DNA from: Dehalococcoidia bacterium
GTDB taxonomy: Bacteria; Chloroflexota; Dehalococcoidia; Lucifugimonadales; UBA3495
Direction of reading: 5' to 3'
NCBI GenBank assembly: GCA_965115955.1
Contig: OZ220473.1
Location: 2,389,463 to 2,453,462, forward strand
Length of the DNA stretch: 64,000 nucleotides
Position 1 is the stretch's first letter; every line of letters begins with the position of its first letter. The position numbers and the translations under genes were made by a program. The notes under the pieces were generated by a model. That model made no database searches and was not told the origin of the DNA. It worked only from the letters and a program-made list of their open reading frames with translations. Of this stretch, positions 50,015 through 58,750 are shown in pieces.

Positions 50015-51049
50015 TTACCCGCCGATCTGATACATTTCGACTTTGGCTGGGCGGGGCATATCCGGAGTGGCGGCGCGCTCCTCCGAATAACGGTCGGTGC
50101 GCCTGGTCCAGATGCCTGCGATGGCCCGGCGCAGTTCGTCGTCGGTTGCGCCGTTGCGCATGGGGTCGCGAAGGCTGGCGCCGCGAATGGCGAACAGGCA
50201 GGTGAAGACCTGGCCGTCGGTAGACAGCCGCAACCGCGTGCAGGCCCCGCAGAAGGGACGGGTTACTGACGCAATCACCCCGATTTCGCCGCTGCCGTCG
50301 CGGTAGCGATAGCGATTAGCCACTTCGCCTTCGTAGTTGCCGGGCGCCGGCTCCAGGGGCATCTCGGCGTCGATGCGGGCGATGATTTCATCGGCGGATA
50401 CAACTTCGTCCAGTTTCCAGCCGTTGCGGTTGCCTACGTCCATGTACTCGATAAATCGCACAATATGGCCTGTACCCTTGAAGTAACGGGCCAGGGTGAC
50501 GATGGTGTGGTCGTTCACGCCTCGCTGCACCACTGCGTTAATCTTGATGGGAGCCAGTCCGACTTCGGCGGCCCTGTCGATGGCGCGGAGCACGCGGCGG
50601 GCGCCGAATCCCCTGCCGTTCATCTGCCTGAAGACTTCGTCGTCGATGCTGTCGAGGCTGACGGTGATGCGATGCAGCCCTGCGTCCTTCAGTTCCTGGG
50701 CCTGCTGGGTCAGCAGGTAGCCGTTGGTCGTTAGGGCTACGTCGTTGATGCCTTCAATGGCGGAGATATGCGAAATCAGTCGCGGCAGGTCTGTGCGCAG
50801 CAGTGGCTCGCCCCCGGTGATGCGTGCCTTGGTTACGCCGAACTCCGCGAACAGGGCGGTAAGGCGGGCGATTTCCTCGAAGGTAAGGATTTCTTCGCGG
50901 GGCAGAAACTGGTAAGCCTCGCCGAATATCTCGGCTGGCATACAGTAAGGGCAGCGAAAATTGCACCGGTCGGTGACCGAAATGCGGATGTCCCTCATGG
51001 GACGGCCCATCGTATCAACTGCATTCAGGGACATAGACTCATCAGGCAT
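50015..51049 (-). CDS. moaA: GTP 3',8-cyclase MoaA (radical SAM)
   Basis: ISVTDRCNFRCPYCMP radical-SAM cluster motif and C-terminal CGACTRLRLSTDG. Start is ATG 51049 or TTG 51061. Confidence 0.9.
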   Translation of the reverse strand: MPDESMSLNAVDTMGRPMRDIRISVTDRCNFRCPYCMPAEIFGEAYQFLPREEILTFEEIARLTALFAEFGVTKARITGGEPLLRTDLPRLISHISAIEGINDVALTTNGYLLTQQAQELKDAGLHRITVSLDSIDDEVFRQMNGRGFGARRVLRAIDRAAEVGLAPIKINAVVQRGVNDHTIVTLARYFKGTGHIVRFIEYMDVGNRNGWKLDEVVSADEIIARIDAEMPLEPAPGNYEGEVANRYRYRDGSGEIGVIASVTRPFCGACTRLRLSTDGQVFTCLFAIRGASLRDPMRNGATDDELRRAIAGIWTRRTDRYSEERAATPDMPRPAKVEMYQIGG

Positions 51050-51057
51050 TAGGCATG

Positions 51058-51702
51058 TCAAATTTCACTGCGCTGGTCGGCCGCCAGCCGCGACAGCGCC
51101 TGCATTGCCCTGGCAGCGGCGCATCCGCGATGGCTGATCCGGTTCTTTTCTTCCAGGGTCAACTGGGCTACAGTTCGCTCGAATGATGGAAGGTATACGA
51201 CAGGATCGTAGCCGAAACCGTCGCTGCCTGCTGGCGTGTATTGTATCATTCCAGCCACCGATCCAACTACCGAAACCAGCATTCGCGGCGAAGCAGCGGA
51301 GGATGGCGGTGGGTGAGCCACGCTGATGACGCAGCGAAACCGGGCAGTGCGCCTGTCCCACCGTACACCTTCCATGTTCCGCAGCAGCAAGGCCGTGCGG
51401 TCGGCGTCGCTTCGGCAGGCATCGCCGCCGTAGCGGGCTGAGCGCACGCCGGGGTCGCCGCCGAGGGCATCGACTTCCAGTCCCGAATCGTCGGCAAGGG
51501 TCAGTGCGCCGCTCATGGCGGCGTAGCCCGACGCCTTGAGCCAGGCGTTCTCGGCGAAGGTTGAGCCGGTCTCTTCCACCTCGCTGGTTATGCCCGCCTC
51601 TTTCAGAGATACCAGCCTGTAGGGCGCTTCACGCAACAGGTCGGCGTATTCCCGCAGCTTGCCGGGATTGCCTGTGGCGATGAGTAAAGTTGTAGGAGAC
51701 AC
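51058..51702 (-). CDS. rdgB: XTP/dITP diphosphatase (RdgB/HAM1 family)
   Basis: 214 aa. LLIATGNPGKLREY, DDSGLEVDALGGDPGVRSARY, GFGYDPV. GTG start. Confidence 0.85.
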   Translation of the reverse strand: MSPTTLLIATGNPGKLREYADLLREAPYRLVSLKEAGITSEVEETGSTFAENAWLKASGYAAMSGALTLADDSGLEVDALGGDPGVRSARYGGDACRSDADRTALLLRNMEGVRWDRRTARFRCVISVAHPPPSSAASPRMLVSVVGSVAGMIQYTPAGSDGFGYDPVVYLPSFERTVAQLTLEEKNRISHRGCAAARAMQALSRLAADQRSEI

Positions 51703-51705
51703 AGA

Positions 51706-52923
51706 CTAGATAACCCCCCGCTCCGCCAGCCCGGCCAGTTCCGCATCGCCCAGCCCCAGCCACGAGCCGTAGACGGCGGCGTTGTGCTGGCCTACGGCAG
51801 GGCCGGCGTGTTCCACCGCGCCGGGCGTGTGGCTGAACTTGGGGACAATGCCCAGCATACGGGTCTGGCCCAGTTCAGGGTCGTAGATTTCGATAATGTC
51901 CTCGCGGGCCTGGTAGTGGGGGTCTTCCATGATACTGGCGGCGTCATATACCGGCCCGACAACGCCCCCTGCGGGTATCAGTTGTTCCAGAACCTCGTTC
52001 AGAGAGCGTTCCGACAGCCAGGCATTCAGTTCGTCGTTCAGTTCTTCGCGGTTTTCTATTCGGGCGGCGTTGTCGGCGAAAGCCGGGCGGTCTATCAGCT
52101 CCGGCATTCCCATAGCTCGGGCCAGGCCCTCGAAGGTGCTTTGGGAAGTGGCGGAAAGCCCCAGCCAGCGCTGGTCGCCGGTACTGTACAGGCTGCGGGG
52201 AGCGGCATCGGGAAAGTCGTTGCCCACGCGCTCCCGGTTGATGCCCAGCAGGTCGAACATGGTCACGTGGGGAATGCAGAGGCGGAACAGAGGTTCAAAC
52301 AGCGAAATGTCGATAACCTGCCCCTTGCCTCCGCCGGCATCGCGGTGATAGAGGGCCATCATGCCGGACATAGCCCCGAACACCCCGGCCACTTCGTCGG
52401 CCAGCGGCACCGGCGGCAGCACCGGCGGCGTGCCCTGGAATCCGGTCATGCCCACGTAGCCGCTTATGCACTCTGCGATGGTGCCGAAGCCCGGACGGTC
52501 TTTGTATGGGCCGGTTTGCCCGAAGCCCGAATAGCGAAGCATTACCAAGCCGGGGTTCACGTTCAGCAAAGCATCCGGCCCCAGCCCCCAGCGCTCCATA
52601 ACGCCGGGGCGGAACCCCTCGATCAGCACATCGGCGCAGGAAGCCATATCCTTCAGGATTCTCTGACCCTCGGCATTGCCCAGATTGAGGGTTACCGACT
52701 TCTTGTTCCTGGAATGCACCTTCCACCACAGCGAAACGCCGTTGGCGAAGGGCCCCCAGCTACGCAGAGGGTCTCCGCTTCCAGGGCGCTCTATCTTGAC
52801 TACCTCGGCGCCAAAGTCCGCCATCAGACTGCTGGCCGTCCCGCCGGCCACGATCATGGACAGGTCAAGGACGCGCAGCCCAATCAGGGGTCCCTTGCCT
52901 GCAGCCTGGTTCGCTTCCGTCAA
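51706..52923 (-). CDS. CaiB/BaiF family III CoA-transferase (second copy)
   Basis: 405 aa. LRVLDLSMIVAGGTASSLMADFGAEVVKIERPGSGDPLR. TTG start. Confidence 0.85.
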   Translation of the reverse strand: MTEANQAAGKGPLIGLRVLDLSMIVAGGTASSLMADFGAEVVKIERPGSGDPLRSWGPFANGVSLWWKVHSRNKKSVTLNLGNAEGQRILKDMASCADVLIEGFRPGVMERWGLGPDALLNVNPGLVMLRYSGFGQTGPYKDRPGFGTIAECISGYVGMTGFQGTPPVLPPVPLADEVAGVFGAMSGMMALYHRDAGGGKGQVIDISLFEPLFRLCIPHVTMFDLLGINRERVGNDFPDAAPRSLYSTGDQRWLGLSATSQSTFEGLARAMGMPELIDRPAFADNAARIENREELNDELNAWLSERSLNEVLEQLIPAGGVVGPVYDAASIMEDPHYQAREDIIEIYDPELGQTRMLGIVPKFSHTPGAVEHAGPAVGQHNAAVYGSWLGLGDAELAGLAERGVI

Positions 52924-53111
52924 ATCCAGCTCCCTTGCCCGATTGGATTTCCGGCTTCAATCTTACTCGGCTCCAATCTTACCAGCCGCTGCCCCCCGGT
53001 GCAGTCTCGCAGTCATACCGGAGCCGGGCAGTCCCGAAGGTAAGCCTCGCCGGACAGCCCCTTTGTTCCGCCGCTATGCCCCAGTGTAAGGGCGGAAAAA
53101 TCGGAACTTTC

Positions 53112-53120
53112 TGATATAAT
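53112..53120 (+). promoter_or_regulatory. extended -10 (TGATATAAT) placed 7 nt before the nuoA ATG, implying a leaderless nuo transcript
   Basis: TATAAT at 53115-53120 and ATG at 53128. No SD is possible in the gap. Confidence 0.5.
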
Positions 53121-53127
53121 CCCTGCG

Positions 53128-53514
53128 ATGTTTCTGGACGATTACTTCAGGCAGTATGGGCTGATAGCGATCTTCTGCGCCGTGGCCGTGGCTGTGCCGG
53201 TCAGTATGCTCGCGATGTCGTGGGTCGCGTCGCGCATTGGGCTGCGGCCGCGAAAGCCTACCGCCATCAAGTCCGAAACCTACGAGTGCGGGATGGAGGC
53301 AATCGGCGGAAAGTGGAACCTGTTTAACTTCCGCTACTATATGTTCGCCATTCTCTTCGTCATTTTTGATGTTGAGGTCATCTTCCTGTACCCCTGGGCC
53401 ACCAAGTTTCTGCGCCTGGAACTGTTCGCCCTCATCGAAATGGCGGTATTCGTGGGAATTCTCCTGATAGGCTGGGCCTACGCCTGGCGCAAGCGCGATC
53501 TTGAATGGGGATAG
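53128..53514 (+). CDS. nuoA: NADH-quinone oxidoreductase subunit A
   Basis: 128 aa, 3 TM. YECG.E motif ([10 protein letters not shown]), [12 protein letters not shown]. Confidence 0.92.
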   Translation: MFLDDYFRQYGLIAIFCAVAVAVPVSMLAMSWVASRIGLRPRKPTAIKSETYECGMEAIGGKWNLFNFRYYMFAILFVIFDVEVIFLYPWATKFLRLELFALIEMAVFVGILLIGWAYAWRKRDLEWG

Positions 53515-54209
53515 GCCTTTCAGAGGCCTTCCAGGATAAGCGGATGATTCAGCCATCGCACAGCGGCGAACCGCTCCAGTTCCGCACCTGGGAACTTGAC
53601 CGGAACGAAGGCCGCGCCGTACAGGAACTGAAGGACAATTCGCCGGAGCCTCTGTCCGGGCCGATGATCGAAGTCCCCGAAGACCTGAAGAGCAATCTGA
53701 TGGTCACTTCGATAGACGCGCTGGTGAATTGGGGGCGCAAATCCTCGACCTGGCCTGTTACCTTCGGGCTGGCGTGCTGCGCCTTCGAGATGATCGCCAG
53801 CAGCATGGGACGGTTCGATATCGCCCGCTTCGGCATGGAAGCCTTCCGGGCGTCGCCCCGCCAGGCCGACCTGCTCATCATCGCCGGCACGGTTACCTGG
53901 AAGATGGCGCCCCCCATACGGCGCATCTACGACCAGATGGCCGAACCCAAGTGGGTTATTTCCATGGGCGTCTGCGCCACCAGCGGCGGCCCCTACTATG
54001 GCTCCTACAGCGTTGTGCCGGGCGTTGACCACATCATCCCGGTAGACGTCTACGTGCCGGGATGCCCTCCCCGTCCGGACGCCCTGCTGTATGGAATCAT
54101 GGAGCTTCACGAGAAGATCAAACGCTATCGCAACGTGCCGTCCGGCTCTGTGCGCGCGCTGTTGAGCGGCGCTCTTTCAACCGGCGCCAGGCCAGCGGGA
54201 GAGGCATAG
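53505..54209 (+). CDS. nuoB: NADH-quinone oxidoreductase subunit B
   Basis: [30 protein letters not shown]. Has an unusually long N-terminus. The start is uncertain (53505 or 53544). Confidence 0.9.
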   Translation: MGIGLSEAFQDKRMIQPSHSGEPLQFRTWELDRNEGRAVQELKDNSPEPLSGPMIEVPEDLKSNLMVTSIDALVNWGRKSSTWPVTFGLACCAFEMIASSMGRFDIARFGMEAFRASPRQADLLIIAGTVTWKMAPPIRRIYDQMAEPKWVISMGVCATSGGPYYGSYSVVPGVDHIIPVDVYVPGCPPRPDALLYGIMELHEKIKRYRNVPSGSVRALLSGALSTGARPAGEA

Positions 54210-54211
54210 CG

Positions 54212-54658
54212 ATGGCCCTGCTCCATCTCACCGGCGCCGGCCTGGCGCAGCGGGTGGATGAGGCCGTGCCGGCATCCGTGGACGATTGGAACGAAGCCGC
54301 TCTCTGGATTAACCCGCGCTCCATCGCAGACGTGGCCGCATTTCTTCAGCGCGACGGCGAGCTGGATTTCCAATACCTGAACGCCATTTCCGCCATTGAC
54401 TATATAGGCCACTTCGAACTGGTCTACCACCTGACGTCCTTCCGCAAGGGCCACAAGGCAACGGTCAAGGCGAGGCTGCCCGGAAGGAACGACCTGCGCG
54501 CGCCATCGGTCTACCACCTGTGGAGGGGGGCCGACTTCCAGGAGCGCGAGATCTGGGACCTGATGGGCATCCGCTTTGACGGGCACCCCAACATGAAGCG
54601 CATCATGCTCTGGGAGGGTTTCCATGGGCATCCCCTGCGCAAGGACTTCCCGGGATGA
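54212..54658 (+). CDS. nuoC: NADH-quinone oxidoreductase subunit C
   Basis: About 148 aa from ATG 54212. ADFQEREIWDLMGIRFDGHPNMKRI. Confidence 0.88.
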   Translation: MALLHLTGAGLAQRVDEAVPASVDDWNEAALWINPRSIADVAAFLQRDGELDFQYLNAISAIDYIGHFELVYHLTSFRKGHKATVKARLPGRNDLRAPSVYHLWRGADFQEREIWDLMGIRFDGHPNMKRIMLWEGFHGHPLRKDFPG

Positions 54659-55761
54659 CCATCCGCACCGAACCGATGACGGTCAACATAGGTCCCCAGC
54701 ACCCCAGCACTCACGGCGTGTTCAGGCTGCGTGTGACTTTTGACGGTGAGGAGATACTTCAGGTCGAGCCGATTTTTGGTTACCTTCACCGCGGCACCGA
54801 GAAACTGGCCGAGGAACGCAACTACACGCAGGTGGTGACCCTGACCGACCGGCTCGACTATGTGTCTTCCATGATTAACAACCAGGCCTACTGCCTTGCG
54901 GTGGAAAAGCTGCTGGGCGCCGAGGTGCCGCTGCGAGGGAAGTATCTGCGGACGCTGACGGCAGAGTTGCAGCGCATAGCCGCGCATCTGATGGGCATCG
55001 GCTTCATAATCCAGGACCTGGGCGCCCTGGGAACCCCGCTCATGTATTGCTTCCGTTCCAGGGAGCGCATTCTGGACCTGTTCGAAATGCTGTGCGGCGC
55101 GCGCATCACCGTCAGCTATATGCGCCCCGGCGGCGTCTACTTCGACGCGCCGCCCGAGTTCTGGCCGGCCCTGGAGCAGTTTCTGGCGGACTTCGAAGAG
55201 GAGTACAAGGAACTGGAGCGGCTTCTGCTGAGAAATGAGATTATCATGGTTCGCACCCGCGGAGTAAGCTATCTCCCTCTGGATGTTGCCGTTAACTGCT
55301 CGGTCAGCGGGCCGGTGCTGCGGGCAAGCGGGCTGGAGTGGGACTGGCGAAAGGCAGAGCCTTACGACGCCTATGACCTGGTCGAGTTCGATGTTCCCAC
55401 CGCCAGCGCAGGCGACAATTATGACCGTTTCTGGGTGCGGGTGCAGGAGATCTGGCAGAGCGTCCGGATTATCCGGCAGTGCATGGCGCAGATCGAGCCG
55501 GGGCCGGTGCGGGCCGACGTGCCTCTGGTGCTTCGCCCGGCGCCCGGCGCCGAAGCGTATGGTCGGGTGGAGGCCTCGAAGGGAGAGCTGGCCTTCTATC
55601 TGATAAGCGACGGCGGGATCAGCCCCTACCGATGCAAGATTCGATCTCCGTCTCTGCTGAATCTGACGGTCACCGAGCACCTGCTGGTAGGATGGAAGCT
55701 GGCTGATATGATCGTTACCCTGGGGAGCGTGGATATTAACATGGGTGAAGTTGACCGGTGA
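54655..55761 (+). CDS. nuoD: NADH-quinone oxidoreductase subunit D
   Basis: 368 aa. NIGPQHPSTHGV, HRGTEKL. ATGA overlap with nuoC. Confidence 0.95.
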   Translation: MTIRTEPMTVNIGPQHPSTHGVFRLRVTFDGEEILQVEPIFGYLHRGTEKLAEERNYTQVVTLTDRLDYVSSMINNQAYCLAVEKLLGAEVPLRGKYLRTLTAELQRIAAHLMGIGFIIQDLGALGTPLMYCFRSRERILDLFEMLCGARITVSYMRPGGVYFDAPPEFWPALEQFLADFEEEYKELERLLLRNEIIMVRTRGVSYLPLDVAVNCSVSGPVLRASGLEWDWRKAEPYDAYDLVEFDVPTASAGDNYDRFWVRVQEIWQSVRIIRQCMAQIEPGPVRADVPLVLRPAPGAEAYGRVEASKGELAFYLISDGGISPYRCKIRSPSLLNLTVTEHLLVGWKLADMIVTLGSVDINMGEVDR

Positions 55762-56981
55762 ACTGCGTCCTTGGCCCAGACAACATTCTCTACCATACCC
55801 CGCTGTTCCGCGAGGTGTACAACCTGGCCGGGACGGTGCTGCCCTGCTGGCTTTCCTACCTGGTGGCCGGGCTGGCCATTATTCTGATTTTGACCAATGC
55901 CGTGCTGCTGGGCGCGGCGGGATTTTCGTGGCTGGAGCGGCGGCTCATCGGCAAGTTCCAGAATCGGCTCGGCCCCAACCGATGGGGTCCCTTCGGCCTT
56001 TTGCAGCCCATAGCAGACTTGATAAAGCTGCTGTTCAAGGAAGACCTGACTCCCGGCGCCGCCGACAGGATCGTTTTCTTCCTGGTTCCGATTGGCATGG
56101 TTGCCCCGGTGTTGCTGGTGATGGCCGTAGTGCCTTTCGCCAGGAACACTGCCCTGGCGAACCTGAACGTCGGCGTGCTGTACATCCTGGCGGTTACTTC
56201 GGTAACCTCCATAGCAATCTTCATGGCGGGCTGGTCATCTCATAACCGCTTCGCCCTGTTCGGCGCGGCCCGGGGCGTCGCTGTGCTGATCAGCTACGAG
56301 GTGCCGGTGGTGATTTCGCTGCTGGGCGTGGTTATGCTTGCCGGTTCCATGTCGCTGGCCGACGTGGTCACTGCCCAGACTCTGCCTTTCATCGTAGTTC
56401 AGCCGCTGGCGTTCTTCGTGTTCGCGGCCGGAACGGCCGCAGAGCTGAACCGGACTCCCTTCGACATGGCGGAGGCCGAATCGGAGCTGATCTCCGGGTA
56501 TCACACAGAGTACAGCGGGATCAAGTTCGCGATGATCCAGGCAGCCGAGTTCGGCGGCGTAATGGTGGCTTCGGCAGTCATCACAACCCTGTTCCTCAGC
56601 GGATGGGAAGGGCCTGCGGAGGAGTGGCTGGGGTGGCTGTGGTTCCTGCTGAAGACGATAGCGGTCGCCTCGATTTTCATCTGGGTTCGCGCTACCTTCC
56701 CCCGGTTGCGCATCGATCAGCTGCTGACCTTTGCCTGGAAATTCCTGTTGCCCGCCAGCCTCATCAACCTGCTGGCGACATCGCTTCAAGTCTACTTCCT
56801 GCGAAGCGCGGAGGGCGAGCTGAGCCGGGGCGACCTTGGGATAATGACCGGCATCAACCTGGCGATTATGGCGGCCTGCATTTTCATCTTCGGAAATCTC
56901 GTGCGGGATAAAGTAAGGCCGGCGGTTCCGGGCCGCGCTCCGACTTTTCCGCCGGGCGCGACTGTCGCGGAGGGAGATTAG
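55758..56981 (+). CDS. nuoH: NADH-quinone oxidoreductase subunit H
   Basis: 407 aa. ERRLIGKFQNRLGPNRWGPFGLLQPIADLIKL. Follows nuoD directly (GTGA overlap). Confidence 0.93.
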   Translation: MNCVLGPDNILYHTPLFREVYNLAGTVLPCWLSYLVAGLAIILILTNAVLLGAAGFSWLERRLIGKFQNRLGPNRWGPFGLLQPIADLIKLLFKEDLTPGAADRIVFFLVPIGMVAPVLLVMAVVPFARNTALANLNVGVLYILAVTSVTSIAIFMAGWSSHNRFALFGAARGVAVLISYEVPVVISLLGVVMLAGSMSLADVVTAQTLPFIVVQPLAFFVFAAGTAAELNRTPFDMAEAESELISGYHTEYSGIKFAMIQAAEFGGVMVASAVITTLFLSGWEGPAEEWLGWLWFLLKTIAVASIFIWVRATFPRLRIDQLLTFAWKFLLPASLINLLATSLQVYFLRSAEGELSRGDLGIMTGINLAIMAACIFIFGNLVRDKVRPAVPGRAPTFPPGATVAEGD

Positions 56982-56983
56982 CC

Positions 56984-57580
56984 ATGTACGGGCTGGCGAT
57001 GGTGAAGGGGCTGATGGTAACCCTGAAGAACCTGACAAAGAAACCCTTTACCGTGCAGTATCCCGAGGAGCGCTTGAAACAGCATCCCCGCTTCCGGGGA
57101 GAGGAGTTTGTGTGGTATGAGGAGCGCTGCACCGGCTGCGCTTCCTGCGCCAAATACTGCCCGCTGGGAATTATCAAGATAGTGACCAGCCCCAGCGAAA
57201 CAGCCCCGTCCCAGGGAGACAAGTACCTCCTGGAGGTGTTCGATATCTCCATCCAGCGGTGCATGTTCTGCGGGCTGTGCGTTGAGGCGTGCCCCTATGA
57301 CGCCCTCTTCATGGGAAGCGGCTTTGAGCAGGGACGTTACTCGCGCCAGGACATGGTGATAACCATCGACGAGCTTCGCAACGCCGACAAGAACCCCAGC
57401 ACGTTCTTCCGCCCCCAGCTGGAGGCGCAGGGCTATGACCCACGCGCCGGCCGGCCGATGGACTGGCGGCAGGCGGGTCGGGAGTCATGGCAATGGCACC
57501 AGCGCGAAAAGGCCGGGATGCGCATCGGCTCCCGCCCCACCCCGGACTCCGCGGACGACAACGCAGGAGACGCGGCCTGA
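56984..57580 (+). CDS. nuoI: NADH-quinone oxidoreductase subunit I (2x[4Fe-4S]) with C-terminal extension
   Basis: CTGCASCAKYCP and CMFCGLCVEACP ferredoxin motifs. Confidence 0.92.
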   Translation: MYGLAMVKGLMVTLKNLTKKPFTVQYPEERLKQHPRFRGEEFVWYEERCTGCASCAKYCPLGIIKIVTSPSETAPSQGDKYLLEVFDISIQRCMFCGLCVEACPYDALFMGSGFEQGRYSRQDMVITIDELRNADKNPSTFFRPQLEAQGYDPRAGRPMDWRQAGRESWQWHQREKAGMRIGSRPTPDSADDNAGDAA

Positions 57581-57581
57581 A

Positions 57582-58208
57582 ATGCTGTTCCAGGACGTTG
57601 TTTTCTGGCTCCTTACGGTCGTAGCCGTGGGGTCGGCTCTGGGAGTAGTGCTTATCCAGGACCTGTTCCGCGCCGCTCTGCTGCTGGTTGCGGTATTCAT
57701 CGCCGTGGGCGGATACTTCGTTCTGCTCAGCGCCGAGTTCCTGGCTGTGGTGCAGGTGCTGATATACGCCGGGGCGATCGCGGTGCTCGTAATTTTCGCG
57801 GTAATGCTCACCCGCGACGTGCAAAGGGGCAATCCGCCCAACCGGCTTCAGATTCCTGCCGCGATCTTTGCCTCGCTGCTTCTGGCGGCCCTCGTGCTGG
57901 TCGCCGTGGACACGCAATGGAACCTCCTGCCCGAGGAAGACCGGGATAGAGTGGATCTGGTGCAGACCTCTGCCGTGGCCGACATTCCCGCCGAGGCCCT
58001 GGAAGAGGCGGGAGTTACCGGGGTTGCGGCCCAGGAGCCTGCACAGAGCGCCGGCCTGGCAGACTTGCTCATCGGCAAGTTCGTGCTGCCCTTCGAAGCG
58101 GTTTCCGTTCTTCTTCTGGCCGCGCTCATAGGCGCGCTGGCCTTGATGCGTCCCCGTCCTGATCCGGCGAGGTCCAACCCCGGCGGCTCCGGCCCGGATG
58201 CGGACTGA
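57582..58208 (+). CDS. nuoJ: NADH-quinone oxidoreductase subunit J
   Basis: ATG 57582 (MLFQDVVFWLL..) is preferred over the track start 57435, which overlaps nuoI. AEFLAVVQVLIYAGAI. Confidence 0.88.
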   Translation: MLFQDVVFWLLTVVAVGSALGVVLIQDLFRAALLLVAVFIAVGGYFVLLSAEFLAVVQVLIYAGAIAVLVIFAVMLTRDVQRGNPPNRLQIPAAIFASLLLAALVLVAVDTQWNLLPEEDRDRVDLVQTSAVADIPAEALEEAGVTGVAAQEPAQSAGLADLLIGKFVLPFEAVSVLLLAALIGALALMRPRPDPARSNPGGSGPDAD

Positions 58209-58214
58209 CCGGTC

Positions 58215-58544
58215 ATGTCTTTTGAAGCTTTCCTCATCGTCGCTGCGGCGCTGTTTTGTATCGGGTTGTATGGATCGCTCGCCCGTCGCAACGTGCTGGC
58301 AGTCCTGATGTCCATTGAGCTGATGTTCAACTCTGTGAACGTGACACTGGTGGCGATGGCGAAATACCTGGCCCCGGCAGAACTGCAGGAGAACATAGCA
58401 TCTGCCCTGACCGGGCAAGTGTTCGCGGTGTTTGTTATAACAGTGGCTGCGGCGGAAATAGCCCTCGGTTTGGCCATTGTTTTCGCCATGTACCGCACCA
58501 ACGAATCGGTGGACCTCACCGAGGCCGCCCAGATGAGGAACTAG
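58215..58544 (+). CDS. nuoK: NADH-quinone oxidoreductase subunit K
   Basis: 109 aa, 3 TM. SIELMFNSVN, AAAEIALGLAIV. Confidence 0.92.
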   Translation: MSFEAFLIVAAALFCIGLYGSLARRNVLAVLMSIELMFNSVNVTLVAMAKYLAPAELQENIASALTGQVFAVFVITVAAAEIALGLAIVFAMYRTNESVDLTEAAQMRN

Positions 58545-58555
58545 GGCGAGCCGCT

Positions 58556-58750
58556 ATGTGGGTAGAATTCAGGAAAGCGTCCAACCTGATGCTGGCCGAG
58601 ATGTGGAAAGAGGTTCTGGAAGGAGAAGGCCTGCCGGCCCGCATCCTGCCGGAGGGCGACATCCTGGACTGGAGCGAGCGGGCGTCCTTCAACATCTATG
58701 TGCCCAAGGGGCGTGAACACGTGGCCGAGGAGATTCTGAGGAAGCTGTAG
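58556..58750 (+). CDS. small DUF2007-like (putative signal-transducing, PII-like fold) protein inserted between nuoK and nuoL
   Basis: 64 aa: MWVEFRKASNLMLAEMWKEVLEGEGLPARILPEG....IYVPKGREHVAEEILRKL. The pattern resembles DUF2007. Tightly packed, with its stop abutting the nuoL ATG. Confidence 0.55.
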   Translation: MWVEFRKASNLMLAEMWKEVLEGEGLPARILPEGDILDWSERASFNIYVPKGREHVAEEILRKL

